The notes: generated by a model not told the origin, from the letters alone. Positions 1 through 8,826 are shown, counted from the stretch's first letter. The stretch is DNA of 32,000 nt from Ktedonobacterales bacterium (GCA_030167145.1 CP126532.1:870001-902000); one strand, 5' to 3'. Program-made: numbers and translations.

Positions 1-11
1 GCGGACTGCAT

Positions 12-88
12 GGCGCATTCGTCTAGCGGCCTAGGACATCGCCCTCTCAAGGCGAAGACCACGGGTTCGAATCCCGTATGCGCTACCA
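12..88 (+). tRNA. tRNA-Glu (anticodon CUC), genomically encoded CCA
   Basis: Cloverleaf folded by hand. Acceptor 12-18/78-84 has one G-U pair. The D arm is GTCT/GGAC. The anticodon stem is 39-43/51-55 with loop CTCTCAA, putting CTC at 46-48. The T arm is ACGGG-TTCGAAT-CCCGT, the discriminator is A85 and CCA is at 86-88. The D loop resembles E. coli tRNA-Glu. Confidence 0.9.
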
Positions 89-94
89 TTGAAG

Positions 95-125
95 CCCTCA
101 GGACGATTCCTGAGGGTCTTTTCTT
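95..125 (+). terminator. Rho-independent terminator downstream of tRNA-Glu
   Basis: Perfect 9-bp stem CCCTCAGGA/TCCTGAGGG (95-103/108-116) with 4-nt loop CGAT, followed by the T-rich tract TCTTTTCTT. Confidence 0.8.
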
Positions 126-291
126 GCCTTCATGTTGGACTTGCTACCATCTGCCGGTGTCGCCAGACTTGCCGAATTCGCACTTCCACCTCTACTGCCT
201 CCCAACCCAACCAAAAATCGCACACGCGCCCATCTCCTTCGCGCGCTGTACTAATTTCTTCAGCGTCAGTCGTCGCTGCGGCCCGTGAGAT

Positions 292-885
292 TCAGGCCGA
301 TCCGGCCCCCGTCCTTGCGTTCCTCGGTGGGGGGTCGTCTTCGGAGTCGTGAGCCTGCGTCTCCCCCGGTGGAGCGGGAGGTTGCGCCTCATCGGCGCTG
401 AGGGCGCTGTGCAGCACCAGCGTCCAGGACTGGAAGAAGAGGAGAAACAGTCCCACGCCAGCCGTGATGGCCAGCAGCAGGAAGGGGAAGGCTGACTGGG
501 GCCGGAGCAGTCCGACAATGCCTGCCAACAGCGGCGCAGGGATGAGGAGATCGGCAAGGACCACGAGCGCGATATTCATGCCGGAGGTACGCAGCTGGAT
601 CTGTCGCGAGCCGATGAATACACTCTCGCCGGCTCCCACGGCGATGAGCAACCAGCCGCCAACAGGCGCAGTGCTGGCGGGCATCAGCATGATGAGCGCC
701 CAGGCGACACCCAGCAGAAAGCCAAAGGCGGCAGCGAAGGCGCGCGCCCGCATTATGGGATGGCTGAGGATTGGCCACGGATGCAGCGACATCGCGACAA
801 ACACCAGGCCAGCAAGCGCCGCCGAGGCGCCCGCAAGCGCCGTAAAGAACGGCTGCCATTGCTGGACCACAACTGAGTCAGCCAT
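292..885 (-). CDS. Hypothetical integral membrane protein (about 5 predicted TM helices, acidic/Pro-rich C-terminal tail)
   Basis: 197-aa ORF with hydrophobic segments throughout. A GGAGAGGGAG RBS lies just upstream of ATG 885. I recognise no family. Confidence 0.6.
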   Translation of the reverse strand: MADSVVVQQWQPFFTALAGASAALAGLVFVAMSLHPWPILSHPIMRARAFAAAFGFLLGVAWALIMLMPASTAPVGGWLLIAVGAGESVFIGSRQIQLRTSGMNIALVVLADLLIPAPLLAGIVGLLRPQSAFPFLLLAITAGVGLFLLFFQSWTLVLHSALSADEAQPPAPPGETQAHDSEDDPPPRNARTGAGSA

Positions 886-1051
886 ATGCGCTCCCTCTCC
901 GACAGGTCAGTCAGCCGAGTTCCCAGAGCGCATGCTACCACTCAGCGCATCTGGGCACGCTGTCCAAACCAGCGCCCAGCCAGGAGACATCAGCGGAGTC
1001 TCGACCCACTCAGTAGCCGTACAAGCGCCGAAATCAATTCAGCAGGCTTGA

Positions 1052-1690
1052 TCAGCGGCGCAACCTGCTTGCCACCAAGTGAGCGTCTGCCGCAATCGGT
1101 CCGACATCTTCCAGGTAATGACCCGCGCAAAGCGAGGCGTAGGTAACGGCCGCTTCCCCATCTATTGCAACTTGGTCACCTTCCGCCACAAAGCGCCCGT
1201 TTACCATGCGCGCATTAAACTGCGCCCGGTGCTCGCACCCGCCACCATGGCCGCACATAGCAATAGATTCCCGAAGCTCGTGGGCAATTTCCAAGAGCCT
1301 CAGGCTGCCAGGAAAACTGCGCGTTCTAAAGTCGGTGCGTAAGCCCCAGGCCATCACGGGGATCGCGTGACGGACCGCTAGCGCTAACAGTTGGTCCACC
1401 TGTGCTGGCTGTAAAAACTGCGCCTCATCCACCAGCACGGCACTGATACGCGCCATTGCTTCTCTTCTCTGTAGCACCTCCGCCTCTACATCCATGTCCG
1501 GCGTGGTGAGAAAGTCTGCTTCGCGACGTAAGCCGATGCGAGACACTAGGTGGCGGTCGCCCTTCGTGTCCACGGCTGGCTTGGTAATGAGTACGCGGCC
1601 ACCGTGCTCCTCAAAATTGTGCGCGGCCGCCAACAACTGGGTGGTTTTTTGCGCACCCATCGTACCGTGAGTAAAGTACAGCTTTGCCAT
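1052..1690 (-). CDS. tdk: Thymidine kinase (E. coli-type Tdk)
   Basis: Collinear with E. coli Tdk as I recall it: MAxLYF N-terminus, VSRIGL, VLVDEAQFL and GLRTDFR motifs, and a C-terminal Cys cluster plus LCAGHY zinc ribbon. The Walker A motif is unusual (see findings). Confidence 0.9.
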   Translation of the reverse strand: MAKLYFTHGTMGAQKTTQLLAAAHNFEEHGGRVLITKPAVDTKGDRHLVSRIGLRREADFLTTPDMDVEAEVLQRREAMARISAVLVDEAQFLQPAQVDQLLALAVRHAIPVMAWGLRTDFRTRSFPGSLRLLEIAHELRESIAMCGHGGGCEHRAQFNARMVNGRFVAEGDQVAIDGEAAVTYASLCAGHYLEDVGPIAADAHLVASRLRR

Positions 1691-2147
1691 GTACTACCAC
1701 ATCCCTTTCGATTGTTGGCGTTCGACCTAACCGTCGCTGTGATTCCCGCTGTCCTCCAACGAGCGGGGCCAGGGGAAGGTCGCATCAGGTCAGGCGCCAG
1801 CAACTCAGCCGGAAGGAGTATAACGTGATTTTCCGGATAAGGCTAGCGGTTTTGTTACAAACCAAGAGTTACCATGTCTGTGGCATAGCTGTTTTTTGGA
1901 TTGGTGCAACTGATCTTCTTTGCTGTCGACCTGGATCGCCTCAACGCGCCAAACGCCACTACCCACTGGACGAGCAGCGGCCAGTCTACAATCCCTGGGG
2001 ATCCAACAACGATTTCAAGCCAGCTCGTATCTATGCCATTGCCGGAATGGACTCCATAGGCCAGAATAGAGAAGGTGGCTGAGCAGACGCCCGAACGTGC
2101 GCGGCGTCGCGGCGGCAATGGTCACGGTCACGGCAGGAGACATCCCC

Positions 2148-5072
2148 ATGAGTTCGGCAACACAACCAGAGCAGACACAGAGCGATTCGTCATTGGTCTT
2201 GATTGATGGGCATGCCCTGTATCACCGCTCTTTCCATGCCTTCCCCGAAGAGATCGCCAGCAGCAGCGGCGAGCCAACCAACGCGGTCTTCGGCTTCACG
2301 CGCATGCTGCTCGACGTGCTGCGCATCATCCATCCCGCGTATCTCATCGTCACCTTCGACCGTCCCACGCCAACCTTCCGCCATAAGAACTTCGGGCCGT
2401 ATAAGGCGCACCGCCCGCCGCTGCCTGAGGCTTTGCGCGCCCAATTCCCGCGTGTGCGCGAGGTCATCTCCGCCTTCAACATCCCCGTCTACGAACTGGA
2501 TGGCTACGAGGCCGACGACCTGCTCGGCACGCTCTCGCTCCAGGCTGAACAGCAGCGCATTCCCACCGTCATCGCTACTGGCGACCTCGATACGCTGCAA
2601 CTGATAGATGACTGGGTGCGCGTCACCTTCGCGCGCTCGCCACGCCGTGGCGAATTCGAGTACTTCGATGAGGCCGCAGTTGAGCAGCGCTATGGCTTCG
2701 CGCCGCTCCGGCTGGTAGACTACAAGGCGCTGGTCGGCGATACCTCTGACAATATCCCCGGTGTGCCCGGCATCGGCCAGAAGACGGCGACCAAGCTGAT
2801 CGAACAGTATGGCACGCTCGAAGAGATTCTGGCGCACACCGACGAGCTAGCGCCCAAGGTGAAGGCCGCGCTGACCGAGCATGCCGACCTCGCCCGCCAG
2901 TGCAAGTATCTCGCGACCATCGTCCGCGACGCGCCCGTCACGCTCGATCTTGAAGCCGCGCGTGCCCTACGCTACGACCCCGACCGCGTTCTCCAACTTT
3001 TCCGCGAGCTGGAGTTTCATAGCTTGGTAGACCGCCTGCCTCGCCGCACTGATGCCGCCTCCGCCACTGCCGCGCCCACCACACTGCGCCCTGCTCCCGC
3101 CGAAGCGTCCGCCGCTGCCCAGCCGGACACCGCAGATGTGCAACTCAGCCTCTTCGCCGAATCAGAGCTTCAGTCGCTCACCGAAGAAGGCTTCGACCTG
3201 CTGCCCACCACCGGGACGCCGCCACGGCCAGTGACAACCCCTACCGGCAACACGAATACGCTGGTGATTGATACGCCCGCCAAGCTCGATGTGCTGGCGC
3301 GTGCGCTGGCCACCGCCGAGATATTCGCGCTGGACCTGGAGACTGACTCGACCGACGAGATGCGCGCCAATATCGTCGGCCTCTCCTTCTCGCTGGGACA
3401 TGGCGAGGCGTTCTATGTGCCCGTTGGGCATGAGCAGCCCGCCGATGGCAGTGAATTGGACGCGCAACTGCCACTGGCCACGGTGCTGGCTGCGCTGCGT
3501 CCCGCGCTGATCAGCCCCACCATCGCCAAAGCTGGACACAACATCAAATACGACATGATGGTGCTGGCCCAACATGGTGTCTTCACCCAGAACGCCTATT
3601 TCGATTCGATGGTGGCCGCCTATCTGCTGAACCCTGGACGGCGTAACCTGGGCCTCAAAGAGCAGGCGTTCGAAAACCTCGGCGTAATTATGACGCCCAT
3701 CACCGATCTCATCGGCACCGGCAAGAAGCAGATTTCGATGGCTCAGGTGCCGATTCGCACGGCAGCGGAGTACGCGGGCGCCGACGCCGACATGACGCTG
3801 CGGCTGATGCGCCACCTGGAGCCACAGCTTCGGCAGCGCCAGCTTGAGGGTCTGTTTCGCGATGTGGAGATGCCGCTGGTGCCAGTGCTCGCGCGCATGG
3901 AACTCACGGGCATCCTGCTAGATCAAGACTTTCTGCGGCACATGGCGCGTGACCTGGATGAGCAACTCAAGGCGCTGGAGCAGAACATCTACGCCGCCGT
4001 GGGACATCAGTTCAATATCAACTCACCCAAACAGCTTGGCGACCTGCTCTTTGGCGAATTGAAGCTGCCGCATGGGCGCAAGACCAAGACCGGCTATTCC
4101 GTAGAAGCTGGCGTGCTCGACGGGCTGCGCGGCCAGCACGAGGTCGTGGACCTGATCCTGGAGTATCGCCAGCTCAGCAAGCTCAAATCTACCTATGTAG
4201 ATGGGCTGTTGGAACTGGTCAACACTGAAGATGGGCGCGTGCATACCTCCTTCAACCAGACCATCGCCGCGACAGGACGGCTCAGTTCGTCGAACCCCAA
4301 CCTGCAGAACATCCCCATCCGCACCGAAGTGGGCCGGCGCATCCGGCGAGCCTTCTTGGCCGACCCAGGCGCGTATCTGCTCACCGCCGACTACTCGCAG
4401 ATCGAATTGCGCATCCTGGCGCACATCACCCACGAACCAGCGCTTGTCGCCGCGTTCGAGCACGGCGAAGACATTCACGCTGCTACCGCCGCGCAACTCT
4501 TCAAGGTCGCGCTGGCCGAGGTGACGCCGGACCAGCGCCGCCTGGCCAAGACGGTCAACTTCGCCGTGCTCTACGGGCAGTCCGCCTTTGGGCTGGCGCA
4601 GACCACCGGCATGCCCAACAGCGAAGCCGCCGAGTTCATCCGCAACTACGAGACGACCTTCCCGCATGTCCGCGAGTATGTGCAGAACACGCTGCATCAG
4701 GCGCGCACCCAGGGCTACGTGCAGACGCTGCTGGGCCGCCGCCGCTACTTCGCAGATCTGGCGGCGCTGCCCGTCGTGCAGCGGCAGGCGGCGGAGCGCG
4801 AAGCGATCAACATGCCGATTCAGGGCACCAACGCCGACATGATTAAAATCGCCATGGCCCGGCTGGACGCCCAGTTGCGTGAACTGAAGCTAGGCGCGCG
4901 GATGATCTTGCAGGTGCATGACGAACTGGTCATAGAGGTGCCCGACCCCGAAGTGGACGCCGTCGGCGAGATGGTGGCGCAGGCAATGATTGGCGCGATG
5001 ACGCTGAGCGTGCCAGTGAAGGTGGAGATGAAAACCGGCCGCAACTGGTACGAGGTCAAGCCGCTGGCATGA
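2148..5072 (+). CDS. polA: DNA polymerase I (5' nuclease + 3'-5' exonuclease + Pol A family polymerase)
   Basis: The 5' nuclease N-terminus has GDxSDNIPGVPGIG. Exo motifs are ALDLETDS, HNIKYD and YAGADAD. Pol motifs are DYSQIELR, RRLAKTVNFAVLYG and QVHDE. I chose ATG 2148 because AGGAGA (2135-2140) lies 7 nt upstream. The ORF is open from 2097 (GTG) and has an alternative ATG at 2118. Confidence 0.95.
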   Translation: MSSATQPEQTQSDSSLVLIDGHALYHRSFHAFPEEIASSSGEPTNAVFGFTRMLLDVLRIIHPAYLIVTFDRPTPTFRHKNFGPYKAHRPPLPEALRAQFPRVREVISAFNIPVYELDGYEADDLLGTLSLQAEQQRIPTVIATGDLDTLQLIDDWVRVTFARSPRRGEFEYFDEAAVEQRYGFAPLRLVDYKALVGDTSDNIPGVPGIGQKTATKLIEQYGTLEEILAHTDELAPKVKAALTEHADLARQCKYLATIVRDAPVTLDLEAARALRYDPDRVLQLFRELEFHSLVDRLPRRTDAASATAAPTTLRPAPAEASAAAQPDTADVQLSLFAESELQSLTEEGFDLLPTTGTPPRPVTTPTGNTNTLVIDTPAKLDVLARALATAEIFALDLETDSTDEMRANIVGLSFSLGHGEAFYVPVGHEQPADGSELDAQLPLATVLAALRPALISPTIAKAGHNIKYDMMVLAQHGVFTQNAYFDSMVAAYLLNPGRRNLGLKEQAFENLGVIMTPITDLIGTGKKQISMAQVPIRTAAEYAGADADMTLRLMRHLEPQLRQRQLEGLFRDVEMPLVPVLARMELTGILLDQDFLRHMARDLDEQLKALEQNIYAAVGHQFNINSPKQLGDLLFGELKLPHGRKTKTGYSVEAGVLDGLRGQHEVVDLILEYRQLSKLKSTYVDGLLELVNTEDGRVHTSFNQTIAATGRLSSSNPNLQNIPIRTEVGRRIRRAFLADPGAYLLTADYSQIELRILAHITHEPALVAAFEHGEDIHAATAAQLFKVALAEVTPDQRRLAKTVNFAVLYGQSAFGLAQTTGMPNSEAAEFIRNYETTFPHVREYVQNTLHQARTQGYVQTLLGRRRYFADLAALPVVQRQAAEREAINMPIQGTNADMIKIAMARLDAQLRELKLGARMILQVHDELVIEVPDPEVDAVGEMVAQAMIGAMTLSVPVKVEMKTGRNWYEVKPLA

Positions 5073-5080
5073 GTGCGCTC

Positions 5081-6445
5081 TCAGCGAAGCTCGTCGCGCA
5101 CCAGCGCGCGGGCAAGGGCGTTGTGCCGCTCGATCAGCGTGGGCAGGTCTACATCCAGCAGCACACCATCACGCACGCGCACCCGTCCGTTGATGACGCT
5201 CAGATCCACCTGTGGCGGCTGGCAGAAGACCAGCGCCGCCAGCGGATCGTGGCACGCGCCGCCCGCCAAGCCCAGCGTATCGAGCCGGTAGGCGATGAAG
5301 TCGGCGGCCATCCCCGGCGCAAGCGAGCCAATATCGTCGCGGCCCAGCACCGATGCGCCGCCGCGCGTCGCCATCCAGAGCGCCTCATGGGCCGTCAGCG
5401 CGGCGGGGTCGCCAGTGACACGCTGCAAGAGCAACGCCTGCCGCGCCTCCGCCAGCAGGTGCGAGCCGTCATTCGAGGCCGAGCCATCCACGCCCAAGCC
5501 CACCCGCGCGCCCGCCTGCCGCAGTGGCCCGATGGGCGCGATGCCCGACGCCAGCCGCATATTCGAGGACGGGCAATGCGCGACCCCCGTGCGCGACTGG
5601 CCCAGGCGGGCAATCTCGCTGGCAGCAGGGTGGACCATATGCGCGTGCCAGACGTCCTCGCCCACCCAGCCCAGGTCTTCGGCCAACTCCACGGGTGTGC
5701 GTCCGAAGGTGGCGGCGCAGTAGTCCGCTTCGTCGCGCGTCTCGGCGAGATGCGTATGCGAGTGCACGCCGTAGGCGCGCGCCAGTTCCACGCTCTGGCG
5801 CATCAGCTCTGGCGAGACGGAGAAGGGTGAGCAGGGCGCGAGCACGATGCGCAGCATGGCGTAGCGGCTGGCATCGTGGTACTGCTCGATCACCCGCTGG
5901 CAGTCGCGCAGGATCGCCGCTTCATCCTCGACCACGCTATCGGGTGGCAGCCCGCCCCTGGATTCGCCGACTGACATCGAGCCGCGCGCCGCATGAAAGC
6001 GGCAACCCATCGCCTGCGCCGCCGCAATCTGGTCGTCTATGCGCGCGCCGTTGGGCCAGAGATAGGTGTGGTCGCTGGTGGTGGTGCAGCCCGAAAGCAT
6101 CAGTTCCGCAAGTGCGGTCTGCGTGCTCACGGCAATCGCCTCCGGGGTGAGCCGCGCCCAGATGGGGTAGTGGACGCGCAGCCAGGTGAAGAGATTGGCG
6201 TTCTGCGCCTGCGGCAGATTGCGCGTGAGGGTCTGGTAGAAGTGGTGGTGCGTGTTGACCAGACCAGGGAGCACCACCATATTCCGCGCGTCAATCACCT
6301 CATCCGCCGATTGAGGCAGCGCATCGGTTGGCCCCACCTGCCGTATGATGTTGTCTTCGACATAGAGGCCGCCGTTCTCCCAGCAGCTATCCGCGTCGTC
6401 CATCGTCACCAGCAATGTCGCATTTTTGAGCAGTAGCGTAGTCAT
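5081..6445 (-). CDS. Amidohydrolase-superfamily nucleobase deaminase (8-oxoguanine deaminase / ATZ-TRZ-like)
   Basis: 454 aa. N-terminal beta-sandwich followed by PGLVNTHHHFYQ (HxH metal site), later HLAE and VGLGVDGSASND motifs typical of guanine/8-oxoguanine/chlorohydrolase-type amidohydrolases. The substrate is not determinable from sequence. Confidence 0.8.
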   Translation of the reverse strand: MTTLLLKNATLLVTMDDADSCWENGGLYVEDNIIRQVGPTDALPQSADEVIDARNMVVLPGLVNTHHHFYQTLTRNLPQAQNANLFTWLRVHYPIWARLTPEAIAVSTQTALAELMLSGCTTTSDHTYLWPNGARIDDQIAAAQAMGCRFHAARGSMSVGESRGGLPPDSVVEDEAAILRDCQRVIEQYHDASRYAMLRIVLAPCSPFSVSPELMRQSVELARAYGVHSHTHLAETRDEADYCAATFGRTPVELAEDLGWVGEDVWHAHMVHPAASEIARLGQSRTGVAHCPSSNMRLASGIAPIGPLRQAGARVGLGVDGSASNDGSHLLAEARQALLLQRVTGDPAALTAHEALWMATRGGASVLGRDDIGSLAPGMAADFIAYRLDTLGLAGGACHDPLAALVFCQPPQVDLSVINGRVRVRDGVLLDVDLPTLIERHNALARALVRDELR

Positions 6446-6495
6446 GGGGCAGACTCCGAGTTAGTGAGTGGGCAGACAAGAATGTCCGCCCCACC

Positions 6496-8265
6496 TCATG
6501 GCGTAGACTCCGGCGCGGCGACGAAGGGCGAGGCGAGCGCGAAGGCGCGCACATCCACCAGCCCTTTATCGGTAATCTTCAGGTCGGGGATCACCGGCAG
6601 CGCCAGGAAGCCCATCGCCATGTAGGCATTCGACAGCGGGCAACCCAACTCACGCGCGACCTCCAGCAAATGGGCGATGCCTACGCGCACCGTCTCGAAC
6701 GGCTGGTCAGACATCAGTCCAGCGATGGGCAGCGGCAGCCGCCCCAGCACGTCCGCGCCACGCACAGCGCAGATGCCGCCGCCCATCTCCACCACGGTCC
6801 GCACCGCTAGCAGCATCTCAGCATCCGACGCGCCGACGACGACGATATTGTGCGAGTCATGCGCGAAGGTGGAGGCCAGCGCGCCTGACTGCAGGCCGAA
6901 ACCTTTCAGCACGCCAACGCCGATATTGCCGGTGCCGTGGTGGCGCTCGACCACGGCGATTTTGAGCAGGTCGCGCTCCGGCGCGGCGACGACATAGCCG
7001 TTCTGGATTGGCGCGGCGACGACAGCGTCGCGGGTGACGATCTGCTCCGGCACGACCTCAATGGCGCGGATCCGCGTGCCACGCGCGGGCAGGGCGAATG
7101 CGGCTTCGGTGAGCGCTGCGGAAGTGACATGATTGACCGGCGGAGCGACGCTGCTACGCTGCGGCACGAGCAGCCGCCCCTGCTCCGCGACAAGCTGGCC
7201 GCCCGCAAAGGTGCGCGTGACGCGCGGCTCATGCAAGTCTGCGAATGTCACCAGATCGGCGAGATAGCCAGGGGCAACAGCGCCCATATCGTTCAAGCCG
7301 TAGTGCCGCGCGGTATAGATCGTCACCATGCGCAACGCGAGCATCGGAGCGAGACCGGCGGCGATGGCGCGGCGCAGCACGTGGTCGAGATGCCCCTCGC
7401 GCAGCAGGTCGTCGGGCTGTTTGTCGTCGGTGGCGAAGGAGCAGAATGGCGCGGTCCGCTCATTGACGATGGGCAGCAGCGCGTCGAGGTTCTTCGCGGT
7501 CGAGCCTTCGCGAATCAGCACGCGCATGCCGGAGCGCAGCTTTTCGAGCGCCTCATCGGGCCGGGTGCATTCGTGGTCCGAGGCGACTCCCGCCGCGAGA
7601 TACGCTTGTAGTTGTGGCCCGCTGAGCAGCGGCGCGTGCCCATCCACCCGCAGCCGCGCATGGTGGCCTAGCAGCGCCTTCGCCAGCATATCGGGCGCGC
7701 CACCAGCCACGCCGGGGTAGTTCATCATCTCGGCGATGCCCAGCACGCGCGGCGCATCCAGCAGCGTCGCCAGCGCGGCGGCGTCGAGCGACGCGCCCGC
7801 CGTCTCCATATCCGTCGCGGGCACGCAGGACGAGAGCATCACGAAGACGCGCAGCGCCAGCCCTTCGCTGGCCGCGAGCATATAGCGGATGCCATCCAGC
7901 CCATGCACATTGGCGATTTCATGCGGGTCGCTGACGATAGCCGTGGTGCCACGCGGCAGGATCGCGCCCGCGAATTCAGCCGGGGTGAGCAGGCTGCTTT
8001 CGACATGCACATGCGCGTCAATGAATCCCGGCGCTAGATACTCACCCTGGAGGTCGAGCGTCTGGGCGGCGTGGTACGTTCCAGGAGTCGTGGCGACAGC
8101 GGCGATGCGGTCGCGATAGATGGCGACTTCGGCAGGATAGATTTCGCCGGAGAGCACGTTGACAAGCCTGCCGCCGATCAGCAGCAGATCAGCGGGGGTA
8201 TCGCCGCGCGCCACGGCCAGCAGCGCCCGCAGTTCTTCGGCGCTCTGCGCGAATGTGGTAATCAT
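6496..8265 (-). CDS. ade: Adenine deaminase
   Basis: 589 aa from ATG 8265 (RBS GAGGTGG). Carries PGFIDAHVHVESS, the length and C-terminal domain typical of Ade. The ORF track extends to 8403, but that extension lies inside the upstream gene. The ATG overlaps the upstream stop as ATGA. Confidence 0.9.
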   Translation of the reverse strand: MITTFAQSAEELRALLAVARGDTPADLLLIGGRLVNVLSGEIYPAEVAIYRDRIAAVATTPGTYHAAQTLDLQGEYLAPGFIDAHVHVESSLLTPAEFAGAILPRGTTAIVSDPHEIANVHGLDGIRYMLAASEGLALRVFVMLSSCVPATDMETAGASLDAAALATLLDAPRVLGIAEMMNYPGVAGGAPDMLAKALLGHHARLRVDGHAPLLSGPQLQAYLAAGVASDHECTRPDEALEKLRSGMRVLIREGSTAKNLDALLPIVNERTAPFCSFATDDKQPDDLLREGHLDHVLRRAIAAGLAPMLALRMVTIYTARHYGLNDMGAVAPGYLADLVTFADLHEPRVTRTFAGGQLVAEQGRLLVPQRSSVAPPVNHVTSAALTEAAFALPARGTRIRAIEVVPEQIVTRDAVVAAPIQNGYVVAAPERDLLKIAVVERHHGTGNIGVGVLKGFGLQSGALASTFAHDSHNIVVVGASDAEMLLAVRTVVEMGGGICAVRGADVLGRLPLPIAGLMSDQPFETVRVGIAHLLEVARELGCPLSNAYMAMGFLALPVIPDLKITDKGLVDVRAFALASPFVAAPESTP

Positions 8266-8678
8266 TCGGCCACCTCGAAGATAATATCCTGCGCGCCCTG
8301 CCACAGCACCGTGCGCCCCATCTCTTTCAGATGCTCGTTGCCGCTGGTGACAGTTAGGAAGTGATTGCCAGCGAGCTGGCCGAGCTTGCTGGAGAAGCAG
8401 CACGCGCCGTAGGGAAAGAGAATCTCAGTTTCGCTAAAGCCACCGGGGTAGAAGAGGACTTCGCCGGGGGCGGGATGGCTGGTGTGGTTCTCGTAGCCCA
8501 CGTCGAGCTTGAAGTCGCCGAGGGGTATCCAGCAGGCCTCACCGCTCCACCGCGCGTGGATGATCTTCTGCCGGTAGGGCAGCAACTTCTTGAACTCGGC
8601 GCAGGTTTGGGGCGCGTCGGCCTCCTCCATGCGCGCCGTATAGATGTACGGCCCAACGGTGATACGTAGTGTGGTCAT
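8262..8678 (-). CDS. DUF3830 family protein (cyclophilin-like fold, function unknown)
   Basis: 138 aa from ATG 8678 (RBS GGGGAAGG). The MTTLRITVGxxxxTARxxxxxAPxTCxxF...ARWSGEA...GEVLFYPG pattern matches my recollection of DUF3830. The stop overlaps the ade start. Confidence 0.7.
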   Translation of the reverse strand: MTTLRITVGPYIYTARMEEADAPQTCAEFKKLLPYRQKIIHARWSGEACWIPLGDFKLDVGYENHTSHPAPGEVLFYPGGFSETEILFPYGACCFSSKLGQLAGNHFLTVTSGNEHLKEMGRTVLWQGAQDIIFEVAE

Positions 8679-8786
8679 GGCTAGCCTTCCCCTCAATGTA
8701 TGCCTGCCGCCGCGGATGGTGCGGCGTGGTATGTTGCTGGCTAGTATATCGCGTATGCCCAAACTCGTGGTTGGCCCATGCGGAGA

Positions 8787-8826
8787 ACCTCTCCCCTGGC
8801 CCCTCACCTACAAGGCGAGGGGAGCG
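8787..8826 (+). repeat. REP-like imperfect-hairpin dispersed repeat, copy A
   Basis: ACCTCTCCCCTGGCCCCTCACCTACAAGGCGAGGGGAGCG matches 20084-20123 at 35 of 40 positions in the same orientation. It contains the hairpin CCCCTCaCCT-ACA-AGGcGAGGGG. Confidence 0.75.

Noticed and set aside
1-900. tRNA-Glu as an integration site for a genomic island or prophage.
   Set aside because: There is no integrase gene and no repeat of the tRNA 3' end elsewhere in the window. The downstream genes (tdk, polA) are core housekeeping.
1781-1818. CAGGTCAGG...AGCA...GGAAGGAG, superficially reminiscent of the SRP (4.5S) RNA helix 8 motifs.
   Set aside because: The order of the AGCA and GGAA elements is reversed relative to SRP RNA, and no complementary strand forms the conserved helix.
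8266-8403. N-terminal extensions offered by the ORF track: adenine deaminase to 8403, DUF3830 to 8807, Uma2 to 17803, M20 to 19765, pdxT from 21322, lipoprotein to 15485 and VOC from 9594.
   Set aside because: The extensions overlap upstream genes or intergenic repeats, look non-protein-like (Arg/Pro/Gly-rich) and lack an RBS. Internal ATGs have good Shine-Dalgarno sequences and match family N-termini.
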